DNA from: Candidatus Omnitrophota bacterium
GTDB lineage: Bacteria; Omnitrophota; Gorgyraeia; Zapsychrales; Fredricksoniimonadaceae
Direction of reading: 5' to 3'
Assembly: GCA_015233335.1 (NCBI GenBank)
Contig: JADFXX010000002.1
Span: 128,891-192,890 of the forward strand
DNA length: 64,000 bases
Below, in pieces: positions 9,831-18,538 of this stretch. Position 1 is the stretch's first letter, and every line of letters begins with the position of its first letter. Made by a program: the position numbers and the translations under genes. The notes below the pieces were generated by a model that had not been told where the DNA came from, searched no databases, and saw only the letters and a program-made list of their open reading frames with translations.

Positions 9831-10571
9831 TTATATCGTCAAACCGCCATCGACAACGATTGTCTGTCCGGTAATATAATTTGCCGATGGAGAAGCTAAA
9901 AACAAACAAACACCTGCAACATCTGAAGTTTCACCAAAACGAGCTAAAGGAATATGTTCCAAGAGCTTCTGCTGCATGACCTCGGATATTTTTGCTGTCA
10001 TATCCGTACGGATATATCCGGGCGCGACCACATTAGCTGTGATATTCCTTTGGGCAAACTCACGAGCCACTGATTTTGAAAAAGCAATTACTCCTGCTTT
10101 GCTGGCCGCATAATTGGCTTGGCCCGCATTTCCTGTTATTCCTATCACAGAAGAAATGCTGATAACCTTGCCCTTTTTGGCTTTTAACATCGCCTTGGTT
10201 ACAACCTTGGTAACATTAAAAACCCCCTTAAGATTGACCTTAATGACTTCATCCCAGTCACTTTCCTCAAGCCTTAAGAGTAAATTATCCCGCGTGATGC
10301 CAGCGTTGTTGACTAATATATCAATGCGTTTATGAATGTCAAGAATTTTATTAACCGTTTCTTGCACTTGAGCTAAAACGGTCACATCACAGCCAAACCC
10401 ATCGGCCAAGAAACCCTGAGCTTTGATTTCATCTGCAACGGTTTTTGCCTGTTGTTGATTACGGCCTATAATGATGACCAAAGCTCCTTCTTTGGCAAAA
10501 GCTTGGGCAACACTCAAGCCTATCCCACGGGTAGACCCTGTAACCAAAACCACTTCATCCTTAAATAACAA
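9831..10571 (-). CDS. fabG: 3-oxoacyl-ACP reductase
   Basis: 246 aa. TGSTRGIG, NNAG and YAASKAG SDR motifs. fabG-acpP-fabF order. The start appears to be TTG, with no nearby ATG. Confidence 0.88.
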   Translation of the reverse strand: MLFKDEVVLVTGSTRGIGLSVAQAFAKEGALVIIIGRNQQQAKTVADEIKAQGFLADGFGCDVTVLAQVQETVNKILDIHKRIDILVNNAGITRDNLLLRLEESDWDEVIKVNLKGVFNVTKVVTKAMLKAKKGKVISISSVIGITGNAGQANYAASKAGVIAFSKSVAREFAQRNITANVVAPGYIRTDMTAKISEVMQQKLLEHIPLARFGETSDVAGVCLFLASPSANYITGQTIVVDGGLTI

Positions 10572-10664
10572 AAGACCCTATCCCTTCATTTTTGTAAGAT
10601 TGGTATCACTGCGATTAGTATATTATCAATGAAAAACATTGCTGCAAGTAAAAACTTCAAGTAT

Positions 10665-11015
10665 TTAACTCCGGGCTGAAAGCTCAAAAGAAACCGAACG
10701 AGCTTCAGGGATGGCATGGGGTTTGTCCAAGCGCACATACGCGCCTTGCACTCTAAGGTCAGACATGATCCCCGCCAAAATCCTGCCAGCCAGTTTTTCT
10801 AATAAATTGCACCTGGATCGCTTAACGGTGTTAATAACGCGAGCAACTACAGCTTCATAATTAAGCGCGTCATCAAGTCTGTCAGTACGGCAAGGTTTGG
10901 AGCCATCGTATTCAATGGTGATGTTGATCACCAGCTCCTGTTGATTGACCCTCTCCCAAGAATGAGCGCCTATAATCGTCCTGACCTTCAAATCATTGAT
11001 TCGGATAACAGCCAT
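10665..11015 (-). CDS. folB: Dihydroneopterin aldolase
   Basis: 116 aa. N-terminus IRINDLKVRTIIGAHSWERVNQQELVINITIEYD is FolB-like. Adjacent to folE. Confidence 0.8.
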   Translation of the reverse strand: MAVIRINDLKVRTIIGAHSWERVNQQELVINITIEYDGSKPCRTDRLDDALNYEAVVARVINTVKRSRCNLLEKLAGRILAGIMSDLRVQGAYVRLDKPHAIPEARSVSFELSARS

Positions 11016-11067
11016 GCGCTTACTCCCCCCAACCGGCCCCGTTGCGCGCTAACAATCTGGCGATGAA

Positions 11068-11793
11068 TTATATTAAACTTTCCCCACCGTCATTTGTAAT
11101 AATTTGTCCGGTCATATAGTCATTTTCTATCAAAAACTGAATGCTCTGGAGGATATTACAGGGATTCCCGATTTTTTGCAAAGGGATCTGACGCGAACGC
11201 TTAAGACGATCATCCGGTTGATTATTGACTGGAGCTAAGATCATCCCCGGAGCTACCCCATTAACCCTGATATGCGGCCCCCATTGCACCGCAGCCATTT
11301 TTGTGAATTCCTTCAAAGCTTTTTTAGTCATCAGATAATCCGAATAACAGGTCTTATTCTTGACAACATTAGCATCAATAAAGTTGATTACCTGCCCATG
11401 TTTGACCAGTCTTGCGAAAGCGCAAGTTAAAATATAAGGAGCCTTAAAATTAATATTCCAATGAGTATTAAAAAGAGTCAGATCACGGTCATCAAAACGG
11501 TTAGGCATAAAGATCGAGGCACTGTTAACCAAAACATTTAAATTGGGGAAAGATTGCACGACTTCAGGGATAAGCTTAAGGACCTGAGCTTCATCCGCCA
11601 AATCACAACAAAAAAGTTCACAGCGCATCCTTTTTTTATATATGCATGCGGCTGTCGCCATCGCATCGGCCTTAGAATGATGATAATGCAATGCTATATG
11701 ATACCCCTGCTTTGCCAAATGCAAAGCGACCTGCCGGCCAAGGCGTTTGGCCCCACCGGTTACCAAGGCTGTTCCTTTGATTTTGGAAGGCAT
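11068..11793 (-). CDS. Pteridine reductase / dihydromonapterin reductase-like SDR (FolM/PTR1 type)
   Basis: The track ORF is trimmed to the internal ATG (MPSKIKGTALVTGGAKRLG), 4 nt after the folE stop. The TGGxxRxG cofactor motif is characteristic of the FolM/PTR1 subgroup. Contains YxxxK. Sandwiched between folE and folB. Confidence 0.6.
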   Translation of the reverse strand: MPSKIKGTALVTGGAKRLGRQVALHLAKQGYHIALHYHHSKADAMATAACIYKKRMRCELFCCDLADEAQVLKLIPEVVQSFPNLNVLVNSASIFMPNRFDDRDLTLFNTHWNINFKAPYILTCAFARLVKHGQVINFIDANVVKNKTCYSDYLMTKKALKEFTKMAAVQWGPHIRVNGVAPGMILAPVNNQPDDRLKRSRQIPLQKIGNPCNILQSIQFLIENDYMTGQIITNDGGESLI

Positions 11794-11797
11794 AATT

Positions 11798-12337
11798 TTA
11801 TGCGATAAGCGACAAAAATTCCTTGCGGGTCGCGTCTTCCTTGCGAAAAACACCCAAAAGGCAGGAGGTTTTCATGACTGAATTTTGTTTTTCAACCCCG
11901 CGCATCATCATGCACAAATGCTGAGCCTCGATCACAACCCCAACCCCCAAAGCACCGGTAACATCCATCAAGGTCCGAGCGATCTCCTTGGTCAAATTCT
12001 CCTGCACTTGCAGACGGCGGGCATACATATCCACGATACGGGCGATTTTGGATAAACCGATAATTTTGCCCTTAGGGATGTACCCCACATGCGCTTTACC
12101 GAAAAATGGCAAGAGATGATGTTCACACAATGAATATAACTCAATATTCTTAACAACGACCATTTCATCATTGTCTGACGTAAAAATAGCTCCGTTAACA
12201 ACGTCATTGATATTTTTTCTATAACCCTGAGTCATAAATGCAAAGGCCTCGGCTGCCCGGACCGGCGTCTTCACAAGCCCTTCACGTTTAGGATCTTCTC
12301 CAATAAACTCGATCATCTTACGAAAATATAAGTCCAT
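11798..12337 (-). CDS. folE: GTP cyclohydrolase I (FolE type I)
   Basis: Contains [19 protein letters not shown] and QVQE motifs. The track starts at GTG 12352. The ATG at 12337 (MDLYF...) has an AAGGGA upstream. Confidence 0.88.
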   Translation of the reverse strand: MDLYFRKMIEFIGEDPKREGLVKTPVRAAEAFAFMTQGYRKNINDVVNGAIFTSDNDEMVVVKNIELYSLCEHHLLPFFGKAHVGYIPKGKIIGLSKIARIVDMYARRLQVQENLTKEIARTLMDVTGALGVGVVIEAQHLCMMMRGVEKQNSVMKTSCLLGVFRKEDATRKEFLSLIA

Positions 12338-12413
12338 GGTTTTCCCTTTCACACATTATGATTTGAAATATTACCATATTGAATATTTCCTGTCTATGTT
12401 ATAATCTCAGGTT

Positions 12414-13217
12414 ATGATTCCTTATGCCGACTACCATATGCACACTCCGCTTTGCGGGCACGCCACAGGTAACCCTGAAGAGTACGTTAAACAGGCCCTT
12501 AAAATGGGACTCAAGGAAATCGGATTCTCTGATCATGCTCCCATGGTCAACAAACCGATGCCCAAGGTGACCATGTCTTTTGAGCAATTACCTGAGTATC
12601 ACGCCATGATCGAAGATGTGCAAAAACGCTACGCTTCCCAAATCAGAATTAAGATCGGCATAGAGGCAGATTTTCTTCCCGGGTATGAAGACAAAACCAA
12701 ATCTATTATCCAAAGCTACCCTTATGATTATGTGATCGGTTCCGTGCATTTCATTGATGACTGGGCCTTTGATGATCCGGCGACCCGTGAATATTGGAAA
12801 ATACACGATGTTGATGTCGTCTATCATAAGTACTACGCGCTTTTAAGACGGTCTGCTAATACCGGATTCTATCAAATTATAGCTCATTGCGATCTGCCTA
12901 AAAAATTTGGCTCCAGGCCAACGGTCGACTTGACAGACGATATTAAAGCGACCGCAAAAGTATTCAAGGAAACAGGAGTCGCCATTGAGATCAACACCTC
13001 AGGACTGCTCAAGCCTATCGGTGAAATGTTTCCTTCTCTGGACTGTTTAAAAATTTATCGTGAAGCGGGCGTGCCTTTGGTCTTCGGTTCCGATGCACAC
13101 GACCCCTTGAATGTAGGCAGAAATTTTGATCTCGCCTTAGACTTAGTTAAATTGGCAGGTTATAGCGAATATCTTCTCTTCAATAAATGTCAAATTGAAA
13201 AAAGAATTAAGATATGA
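12414..13217 (+). CDS. hisJ: PHP-family histidinol-phosphatase
   Basis: 267 aa. N-terminal DYHMHTPLCGHA, then the GSVHF and GSDAH metal-binding motifs of HisJ/HisK PHP phosphatases. Confidence 0.7.
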   Translation: MIPYADYHMHTPLCGHATGNPEEYVKQALKMGLKEIGFSDHAPMVNKPMPKVTMSFEQLPEYHAMIEDVQKRYASQIRIKIGIEADFLPGYEDKTKSIIQSYPYDYVIGSVHFIDDWAFDDPATREYWKIHDVDVVYHKYYALLRRSANTGFYQIIAHCDLPKKFGSRPTVDLTDDIKATAKVFKETGVAIEINTSGLLKPIGEMFPSLDCLKIYREAGVPLVFGSDAHDPLNVGRNFDLALDLVKLAGYSEYLLFNKCQIEKRIKI

Positions 13218-13627
13218 TCCCCATTCAAGGCCTTGACCATGTAGCATTTAACGTGCGTGATTTGGATAAATCCTTGGAATTCTATACCAAGGTGCTTGGC
13301 CTTGAAATCACCGCGCGTGAATTTTCCAAACCCGGCATTGAATATTTTCTGGATTGCGGAACTTCGCTCTTAGGAATTATCCAAGCCAAAACTTTCAGTC
13401 ACAGCCATTATTTTGCTAACGAGGGATTGGGAGCCAATCATTTTTCCTTCCGTATTCACAGCAGTGACTTTGACGCCATGATCATTCATTTGCAAGCCCA
13501 CCAGGTCAAAATCGAATTTTCTAAAAAACGCCCGAAATCCTGGTCAATTTATTTTTATGACCCCGATGGCAATAAATTAGAAGCTACCGCTTGGCCCTTG
13601 GAAGATCGATCTAGCTCCCTGGAATAA
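13214..13627 (+). CDS. VOC (glyoxalase/bleomycin-resistance/dioxygenase) family protein
   Basis: 137 aa. LDHVAFNVRDLDKSLEFYTKVLGL plus a C-terminal YFYDPDGNKLE motif. ATGA overlap with the upstream gene. Confidence 0.75.
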   Translation: MIPIQGLDHVAFNVRDLDKSLEFYTKVLGLEITAREFSKPGIEYFLDCGTSLLGIIQAKTFSHSHYFANEGLGANHFSFRIHSSDFDAMIIHLQAHQVKIEFSKKRPKSWSIYFYDPDGNKLEATAWPLEDRSSSLE

Positions 13628-14681
13628 AATCCATTTTAGGTGTAATCTCTAAAATGGTTTCCGCAATCAATTGGGAGCAGGAATCCAAATCATCCAGGGA
13701 GCAAGTTTCTACTCTCGTGTGCATGTAACGATTAGGCACGCTGATCAAAACCGTAGCTACTCCCTCACGGTTTAACTGCATGGCTCCGGTATCCGTTCCA
13801 TCGGGCCGCCCAAGAGATGAAAATTGATACGGAATTTTCTTACGTTTGGCGATTTCAATAAACATTTTCCCAAGAGCGCGATTGATCGCCGGTCCTGCAT
13901 GCAGGACCGGTCCTTTTCCCAAAGCTACCTCACCGACCATACGTTTATCAATACCCGGTGTATCCGAAGCAAAGCCTACATCTACCGCAATACCAACTCG
14001 AGGGTTAATACCCCAGGCGCTGGTTCGCGCGCCCCGCAACCCCACTTCTTCCTGAACGGTGGAGACCCCATAGACCCCGACGTCTTTTCGCAATTTCTTT
14101 CCGCTTAAAATTTTGATGGCCTCAGAGACCACAAAAGCCCCCACTTTATCATCGCAACCTTTGGAAGAAAATAAATTATTACGCAATTCCAAATAATTAG
14201 GCGCAAAGGAAACAGCATCGCCCAAAGCCACGACTTTCAAGGCGTCCTCTCGGTCTTTAGCTCCGATATCAATCCACAAATCCTTGATAGGCACACTTTT
14301 ATTACGGTCGCAATCTTCCATTAGGTGTATGGGTTTCTTACCGATGACTCCATCAACCAATCCTTTATCACTCTGGACTTTCACCTGGGAACCTGGCAAT
14401 ACACCGGAGTCAATGCCTCCGACAGGAACCACACATAAAAAACCTTCCGTCGTAATGTGACTGACAATAAAACCGATCTCATCACAATGCCCAGCTAGCA
14501 TGATCTTATATTCTGCTTTAGGATTTAACACAGCAATAGCATTGCCGTGCACATCCCGCTTAATAGCCTGTGCATAAAGCCCCGTCCTCTTGGCCCACAC
14601 ATTTTGACTGGCCTCTTCAAAACCTGAAGGACCGCATTGACTTAAGAAATTACATAAAAACTTCTTAGATTCAGTGTTCAT
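13611..14681 (-). CDS. M42 family metallopeptidase (FrvX / glutamyl aminopeptidase-like)
   Basis: Trimmed to the ATG that forms an ATGA overlap with the ispG stop (MNTESKKFL...). Motifs HCDEIGF, GCDDKVG, VQEEVGLRGA. Confidence 0.75.
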   Translation of the reverse strand: MNTESKKFLCNFLSQCGPSGFEEASQNVWAKRTGLYAQAIKRDVHGNAIAVLNPKAEYKIMLAGHCDEIGFIVSHITTEGFLCVVPVGGIDSGVLPGSQVKVQSDKGLVDGVIGKKPIHLMEDCDRNKSVPIKDLWIDIGAKDREDALKVVALGDAVSFAPNYLELRNNLFSSKGCDDKVGAFVVSEAIKILSGKKLRKDVGVYGVSTVQEEVGLRGARTSAWGINPRVGIAVDVGFASDTPGIDKRMVGEVALGKGPVLHAGPAINRALGKMFIEIAKRKKIPYQFSSLGRPDGTDTGAMQLNREGVATVLISVPNRYMHTRVETCSLDDLDSCSQLIAETILEITPKMDFIPGS

Positions 14682-15898
14682 ACGCCCTCTTTCCCGTAAC
14701 GTTGTTCTATGTATGTTTCCAAAATATCTATGAATTCTTCCTTGATACATTCACCTTTTAACATTTTGAATTCTTTACCGTCTATATACACCGGCGCAAT
14801 CGGATTTTCGGATGTCCCGGGCAAACTGATACCAATGTCTGCATGGCGGCTCTCCCCTGGGCCATTGACAACACAGCCCATGACCGCAATTTTCATTTCT
14901 TCAATCCCAGGATACTGCTTTTGCCATAAAGGCATTTTTAATTTGATGTGGTTGTTGATGTCTTGAGCCAAGTATTGAAAAAAATTAGAACTGGTGCGTC
15001 CGCAGCCCGGACAGCTGGTCACAGACGGCAAGAAATATCGAAACCCCATGGACTGCAACAGCTCCTTACAAACTTCCACTTCTTTGGCGCGTGGGACATT
15101 CGGTTGCGGCGTTAATGAAACACGGATCGTGTCCCCTATCCCCTGCTGTAACAAGATCGATAGTGCCGCAGCAGATGACACGGTCCCTTTAATGTCTGCC
15201 CCAGCTTCTGTCAGCCCTAGATGTAAAGCAAAATCGCAAGCGGCAGCAAGACGCTGATAAACTGCAACCATATCCTGCAACCCTGACATCTTAACGCTTA
15301 AAACTAATTTTTCCCGAGATAACCCTAACTTTAAAGCATATTCCGCAGAACGCAGGGCACTTTGTACCATTGCTTCACGGGTGATCTCTTTAAAATCTTT
15401 AGGTGCAGATGATTTAGCATTATGCTCCATCAATTCAGTCAGCAACTCCTGGTCCAAAGAACCCCAATTGACACCTATGCGCACCGCCTTACCATATTCA
15501 ACGGCAATTTTGACAATCTGGGCAAAGTTATCATCATGCTGGCTACCACGGCCTACATTACCGGGATTGATACGGTATTTATCCAGCAATTGAGCCAACT
15601 TCTGATTTTTAGTCAAAAGAGTATGTCCGTTAAAATGAAAGTCACCTATAATAGGAGTCTGAATTCCTTCAGAACGCAGGCGAGTGATGACCTCAGAGGC
15701 ACCTTGAGCCGCTTGATGGTCATTGATCGTCCAACGTACAAGCTCAGAGCCAGCTGTAATTAATTCTTTAGTTTGAGACAGGGTCTTGACTACATCGCTT
15801 GTAGGCGTATCAGTCATAGACTGAATGCGAATGGGACAGCTCGTCCCCAGCTTGAGAGAACCGATCGTGACAGTTGAAGTTTTTCGACGAGATAACAT
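14678..15898 (-). CDS. ispG: 4-hydroxy-3-methylbut-2-en-1-yl diphosphate synthase
   Basis: 406 aa. VRIGVNWGSL and the C-terminal Fe-S cysteine region SCPGCGRT...GCVVNGPGE. Confidence 0.92.
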   Translation of the reverse strand: MLSRRKTSTVTIGSLKLGTSCPIRIQSMTDTPTSDVVKTLSQTKELITAGSELVRWTINDHQAAQGASEVITRLRSEGIQTPIIGDFHFNGHTLLTKNQKLAQLLDKYRINPGNVGRGSQHDDNFAQIVKIAVEYGKAVRIGVNWGSLDQELLTELMEHNAKSSAPKDFKEITREAMVQSALRSAEYALKLGLSREKLVLSVKMSGLQDMVAVYQRLAAACDFALHLGLTEAGADIKGTVSSAAALSILLQQGIGDTIRVSLTPQPNVPRAKEVEVCKELLQSMGFRYFLPSVTSCPGCGRTSSNFFQYLAQDINNHIKLKMPLWQKQYPGIEEMKIAVMGCVVNGPGESRHADIGISLPGTSENPIAPVYIDGKEFKMLKGECIKEEFIDILETYIEQRYGKEGV

Positions 15899-15903
15899 TT
15901 GAA

Positions 15904-15931
15904 TTTACACCTTAAGCAAAAATGATATAAT
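15904..15931 (+). promoter_or_regulatory. Candidate sigma70 promoter for ispH
   Basis: TTTACA, a 16-nt spacer, then TGaTATAAT (extended -10). About 40 nt upstream of the ispH ATG. Confidence 0.45.
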
Positions 15932-15939
15932 TGACGGAT

Positions 15940-15968
15940 ATTATAAGAAATGTATTGATAAAAAGCAA
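15940..15968 (-). promoter_or_regulatory. Candidate divergent promoter for ispG
   Basis: On the minus strand: TTGCTT, a 17-nt spacer, then TATAAT. About 40 nt upstream of the ispG ATG. Confidence 0.35.
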
Positions 15969-15971
15969 GTT

Positions 15972-16898
15972 ATGGAAATATTTCTAGCCAAAACTCAAGG
16001 TTTTTGTGCTGGCGTTGCCAGCGCTATAGACATCGTCGAGCTTGCTCTAAAGAACTACGGGGCACCTTTGTATGTCTATCATGATATCGTTCACAATACC
16101 TCCGTGGTTGAGGGGATGAAGAACCGCGGGGTGGTTTTTGTTGAATGTCTTAATGAAGTGCCGCAGGGCTCACGTATCATTTTTAGCGCTCATGGTATTC
16201 CGCCAAATTTAATCAAGGAAGCACAAGACCGTCAATTAAAGTATGTCGATGCCACCTGCCCCCTGGTGACAAAAGTCCACAAAGAAGCCATTAAGTATTC
16301 TAATCAAGGGATAGATACCATACTTATCGGACATGTAGGACATCAGGAATTAATCGGCACCTCAGGTTATGTGCGCGGGAATCTGTTGCATATCATCGAG
16401 AATGAAGAAGATGTTCAAAGGTTAAATATTGATCCACAAAAACCCGTCGCCTATATCACCCAAACAACACTATCTGTTGATGACACAAAAAATATTATTA
16501 ACACCCTAAGAAAAAGGTTTCTCAAACTGATCGACCCTTTGCGTTCGGACATCTGTTATGCAACCCAAAACCGCCAGGATGCAGTCAAAGAACTTGCCCA
16601 ATTTTGTGACGTTATTATCATTTGCGGTTCCGCACACTCCTCTAACAGCAACCGTCTACGAGAAACAGCAGCCCATATGGGTGTCTCAAGCTATATCATA
16701 GATACAGCCGCCCAATTAGATTATTCCATGATACACAATAAAAATAAGGTCGGACTAAGCTCTGGGGCTTCCGTCCCCCGTTATCTGGTAGACGAAATCA
16801 TTGACAAGATAAAAAGCCATGATCCAGACTCCCAGGTCCACGAATTTAATAACCCGGAAAAGAATATCGTGTTCCCTGTTTTACAATTTAAGGATTAA
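15972..16898 (+). CDS. ispH: 4-hydroxy-3-methylbut-2-enyl diphosphate reductase
   Basis: 308 aa. GFCAGV, ATCPLVTKVH and SSNSNRL motifs. Confidence 0.92.
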   Translation: MEIFLAKTQGFCAGVASAIDIVELALKNYGAPLYVYHDIVHNTSVVEGMKNRGVVFVECLNEVPQGSRIIFSAHGIPPNLIKEAQDRQLKYVDATCPLVTKVHKEAIKYSNQGIDTILIGHVGHQELIGTSGYVRGNLLHIIENEEDVQRLNIDPQKPVAYITQTTLSVDDTKNIINTLRKRFLKLIDPLRSDICYATQNRQDAVKELAQFCDVIIICGSAHSSNSNRLRETAAHMGVSSYIIDTAAQLDYSMIHNKNKVGLSSGASVPRYLVDEIIDKIKSHDPDSQVHEFNNPEKNIVFPVLQFKD

Positions 16899-16910
16899 GC
16901 AGAGCTTTTT

Positions 16911-17165
16911 ATGGCAAAATTAATCATCGATAATGTCACTTACGAAGTCCCTGACGGAGATACTATTGCCCAATCCTGTGAAGCTGCGGGTATTCCCTTT
17001 TCCTGTAATTCCGGTGTGTGCGGCAGCTGCCAAATTGAAATACTAGATGGTGCAGAAAACTTAAATGAATTAAACAAAGAAGAAATAGATTTAAACCTTG
17101 ACCGTGATCACCGCTTAGGATGCCAGTGCAAGATCTTAGGCGGGACAGTAAAAGCAACCTATTAA
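16911..17165 (+). CDS. Small plant-type [2Fe-2S] ferredoxin
   Basis: 84 aa. Cys pattern C32-x4-C37-x2-C40-x30-C71 (SCNSGVCGSCQ...LGCQC). There is no C-terminal Gly-Gly. Confidence 0.75.
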   Translation: MAKLIIDNVTYEVPDGDTIAQSCEAAGIPFSCNSGVCGSCQIEILDGAENLNELNKEEIDLNLDRDHRLGCQCKILGGTVKATY

Positions 17166-17597
17166 ATGTTTATCCTTCAAGAAAGCCCTATTGATATCTC
17201 TCAAGCTAAAAACATGTGCAACAACCCTGCCAATGGTGCCTTAGTCAGTTTTGAGGGAATAGTCAGAGCAGATAAGCACAATGGAGGTATCGTCAGCGAG
17301 CTTTTATATATTGCTGATACCAAACTTGTTCTTCAGGAAGGTGAAAAAATAATTCAAGAAGCTCTTTCTTCATTCTCTATTACAGAAGCAGTATGCATTC
17401 AAAGAATCGGCCAATTAAAAACCTCTGAGACTGCTGTATGGATTGGCGTTTGGGCGCCCCATAGAGATGAAGCTTTTAAATCTTGCCGCTACCTCATAGA
17501 GGAAATCAAAAAAAGGTTGCTCATCTGGAAAAAAGAATTTTACACCGATGGCAGCAGTAAGTGGCTCCAAAGGCCCCAAACACTGTCTATCTTTTAA
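17166..17597 (+). CDS. moaE: Molybdopterin synthase catalytic subunit
   Basis: 143 aa. GALVSFEGIVR, WAPHRDEAF and IWKKEFY motifs. Confidence 0.8.
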   Translation: MFILQESPIDISQAKNMCNNPANGALVSFEGIVRADKHNGGIVSELLYIADTKLVLQEGEKIIQEALSSFSITEAVCIQRIGQLKTSETAVWIGVWAPHRDEAFKSCRYLIEEIKKRLLIWKKEFYTDGSSKWLQRPQTLSIF

Positions 17598-17598
17598 C

Positions 17599-18528
17599 AT
17601 GAAAATATTCTCTAATGCCCTGCTTGCCCATTACACCACATTTCAATTAGGCGGAGCCTGCCCCTGTCTAGTCGAATGCACAACTCCTGATGAGCTCATT
17701 CAAACAATCCAAAAATTAAAAAAAGAAAATACGCCTTTTCTTTTAATTGGCAGCGGATCAAATTTAGTAATCTCAGACCATGGCCTTGATATAACAATCA
17801 TCCGCTACCTGTCGAAAACACCCCTGATCGAAAACTACGGTCAAGATATAGTGGTATCGGCCAGCACTATCTTAGATGATCTAGCCCTCTTTTGTGTTGA
17901 TTGCGGATTGGAAGGTCTAAATTTTACGACGGGCATACCGGGAACTGTCGGCGGAGCTGTGGCGGGTAATGCCGGTGCTTGGGGCAAACAAGTGGGAGAT
18001 GTATTAAAATCCGCCGTTATTATTGACCATCAGGGTAAACCCCAAAACGTCGGGCCTGATCATTTTGCCTTTTCCTACCGGCATTCACGGCTTAAAGAAA
18101 CGAATGAAATAATTGTGTCCGTCACCTTTATTGGAAAGCATGGTGATCCTGTGCGTTTGGCCCAAGAACGGGCCGAAATCCTTAAACAAAGGGCCGAAAA
18201 ACATCCCTGTCTAACAACCCATCCCTGTGCTGGTTCTTTTTTCCGGAATATTGAACCGACGTCAAAGGCAGAACGCCGTCAGGCCGCGGGATGGTTTTTG
18301 GAACAGGCGGGGGGAAAAGATCTGAAAATCGGCGGTGCGTATGTTTTTGAAAAGCACGCCAATATCATCGTCAAAGGTCCGGGCGCCCGCGCCCAGGATG
18401 TCCATGACCTGCACTTGAAGATGATGGATCTGGTCAAATCAAAATTTGGCTTACAATTAACTCGCGAGGTTCGTTTTGCTGGAAAATTTGATGACGCCCC
18501 GCAGGCTGACCCCGAAGGATTTTGGTAA
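17599..18528 (+). CDS. murB: UDP-N-acetylenolpyruvoylglucosamine reductase
   Basis: Trimmed to the ATG just after the moaE stop (MKIFSNALLAHYTTFQLGG). Motifs GSGSNL, GIPGTVGGA, SYRHS, AGSFF.N. Confidence 0.88.
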   Translation: MKIFSNALLAHYTTFQLGGACPCLVECTTPDELIQTIQKLKKENTPFLLIGSGSNLVISDHGLDITIIRYLSKTPLIENYGQDIVVSASTILDDLALFCVDCGLEGLNFTTGIPGTVGGAVAGNAGAWGKQVGDVLKSAVIIDHQGKPQNVGPDHFAFSYRHSRLKETNEIIVSVTFIGKHGDPVRLAQERAEILKQRAEKHPCLTTHPCAGSFFRNIEPTSKAERRQAAGWFLEQAGGKDLKIGGAYVFEKHANIIVKGPGARAQDVHDLHLKMMDLVKSKFGLQLTREVRFAGKFDDAPQADPEGFW

Positions 18529-18538
18529 TTAAAACAGT

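Noticed and set aside
11794-11853. N-terminal extensions given by the ORF track. Affected ends include 11853, 12352, 14750, 17548, 21664, 25904, 28137, 29090, 29613, 30253, 34135, 34177, 38376, 53328 and 63420.
   Set aside because: Where I translated the nucleotides, the extensions begin at non-ATG codons (TTG or GTG). They overlap the upstream gene extensively and add non-conserved residues. Internal ATG codons with SD-like motifs or ATGA/TAATG coupling give N-termini that match the expected family N-termini.
16911-17165. MoaD (molybdopterin synthase sulfur carrier), because of its size and its position immediately upstream of moaE.
   Set aside because: There is no C-terminal Gly-Gly. A complete plant-type 2Fe-2S cysteine motif is present. 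Called ferredoxin instead.
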